Positions 26,431 to 27,308 of a DNA stretch of 27,308 nt are shown here, piece by piece (position 1 is the first letter of the stretch; each line of letters starts with the position of its first letter). Position numbers and translations under genes: made by a program. Source of the stretch: an uncultured Caldilineaceae bacterium (GTDB taxonomy: Bacteria; Chloroflexota; Anaerolineae; Caldilineales; Caldilineaceae); contig CAZIRP010000079.1 of the NCBI GenBank assembly GCA_964541665.1, forward strand, positions 1 through 27,308, given 5' to 3'. Under the pieces are notes generated by a model that saw nothing but the letters and a program-made list of their open reading frames with translations, did no database searches and was not told the DNA's origin.

Positions 26431-27288
26431 ATGAGCAAACAAGCTTTAACGTTCAAAGCTCAATCAACCAATGAATTGGGTCAAAGTTTGACCGATGCCA
26501 GTCAGCTCGATAATCATTATCGGTTGTGTAAGGCTGAATATGATCGGGCGATTGCAAGCGTTGGTATCCAATCGGGCTGGCATGTGCTCGATGCTGGGAG
26601 TGGGAATGGTGTTTTTTTACCACAGATTGCGAGTCTGCTGGGTAATTCTGGTCGGGTCGTCGCAGTGGATCACTCTGCGGAGAATGTCGCAACGGTCGAA
26701 CGTTGGGTAAAAGCTGCCCAATGCGAAGAATTGGTCGAGAGTCGCCTCGCTGATGTGAGGTCATTGCCACTGGAGACAGATAGTTTCGATTGTGTCTGGT
26801 GTGCAAACGTATCCCAATATTTGACCGATGATGAGTTGCGGCAAGCAATTGCTGAATTTGTGCGTGTGGCAAAGCCAGGAGGTTTGGTAGCAATCAAGGA
26901 ATTTGATGCATCACTCTGGCAATGGTTTCCGGTAGATATGCGTCTGGTCTGGCGCCTAGTTGATGCCGCAGCATTAGCCGGGGTGACACAAGTGGTTGGT
27001 TGTTTGCGCAGTTGGAATATGTCAAAATGGATGCGTGACCAAGGCTTAGAAATTATCTCGCGCCGAGGATATGTAAGTGAGATTCAACAGTTGCTGCCGT
27101 CGGATGTTCCTCATTATGCGGGTGTGTTTCGCTGGTTTGCATCGATTGCGAAGGATCTGACCTTATCTGAGGCAGACAAGGGTGAATGGCAGCGTTTGTC
27201 AGACGATGTGGAGAGTGTACTCACTGATCCTGACTATCTTTATCGAGAGATGTTCACGCTGACAATCGGGCTGGTGAATGCGAAATAA
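26431..27288 (+). CDS. Class I SAM-dependent methyltransferase. The start is placed at the ATG at 26431 (MSKQALTF...).
   Basis: Motif I is VLDAGSGNGVF, with an acidic post-I residue (VVAVDHS) and motif II/III-like segments. It is lower in GC. Confidence 0.7.
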   Translation: MSKQALTFKAQSTNELGQSLTDASQLDNHYRLCKAEYDRAIASVGIQSGWHVLDAGSGNGVFLPQIASLLGNSGRVVAVDHSAENVATVERWVKAAQCEELVESRLADVRSLPLETDSFDCVWCANVSQYLTDDELRQAIAEFVRVAKPGGLVAIKEFDASLWQWFPVDMRLVWRLVDAAALAGVTQVVGCLRSWNMSKWMRDQGLEIISRRGYVSEIQQLLPSDVPHYAGVFRWFASIAKDLTLSEADKGEWQRLSDDVESVLTDPDYLYREMFTLTIGLVNAK

Positions 27289-27308
27289 ATCACAGAACGA
27301 GCAGCCGA

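Overview
The window is a high-GC (~60%) bacterial chromosomal segment with Chloroflexota-like gene content and AGGAG-type ribosome-binding sites; the taxonomic placement is inference only. It is largely ordinary housekeeping and stress genes, with the 3' end (25536 onward) visibly lower in GC. There is no CRISPR array, rRNA or tRNA.

Gene content:
- Left end: an EamA/DMT transporter, a QorB/NmrA-like NAD(P)H oxidoreductase, and a class-II UvrA-like (UvrA2/DrrC-like) ATPase that is split by a frameshift.
- A VOC/glyoxalase-bleomycin-resistance-like protein and a DUF1801 gene that carries an in-frame TAA.
- A long (725 aa) flotillin/SPFH protein, a hypothetical protein with a GT-A-like fold, and KduD.
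- A minus-strand run: an incomplete complex-I Q-module nuoB-nuoCD-nuoI (no nuoA/H/E/F/G) preceded by a flavodoxin gene, followed by a UPF0173 MBL hydrolase, a membrane-anchored DUF1858 protein, a small CxxC...CxxC protein, an FAD oxidoreductase and the Fe-S carrier ApbC/Mrp.
- Right end: a 1149-aa SARP/AfsR-type regulator (BTAD, NB-ARC P-loop, TPR), a DUF4260 membrane protein, and a lower-GC trio of FabL-like enoyl reductase, alpha/beta hydrolase and SAM methyltransferase.

Most noteworthy non-coding signals:
- Two ~70-bp hairpin elements sharing the terminus ATCTCAAAA(A)TCGGTTGTG.
- Five tandem TTGACnn heptads plus an 8-bp inverted repeat in the nuoCD-nuoI spacer.
- A near-consensus sigma70 promoter with a Fur-box-like site in front of the flavodoxin gene.
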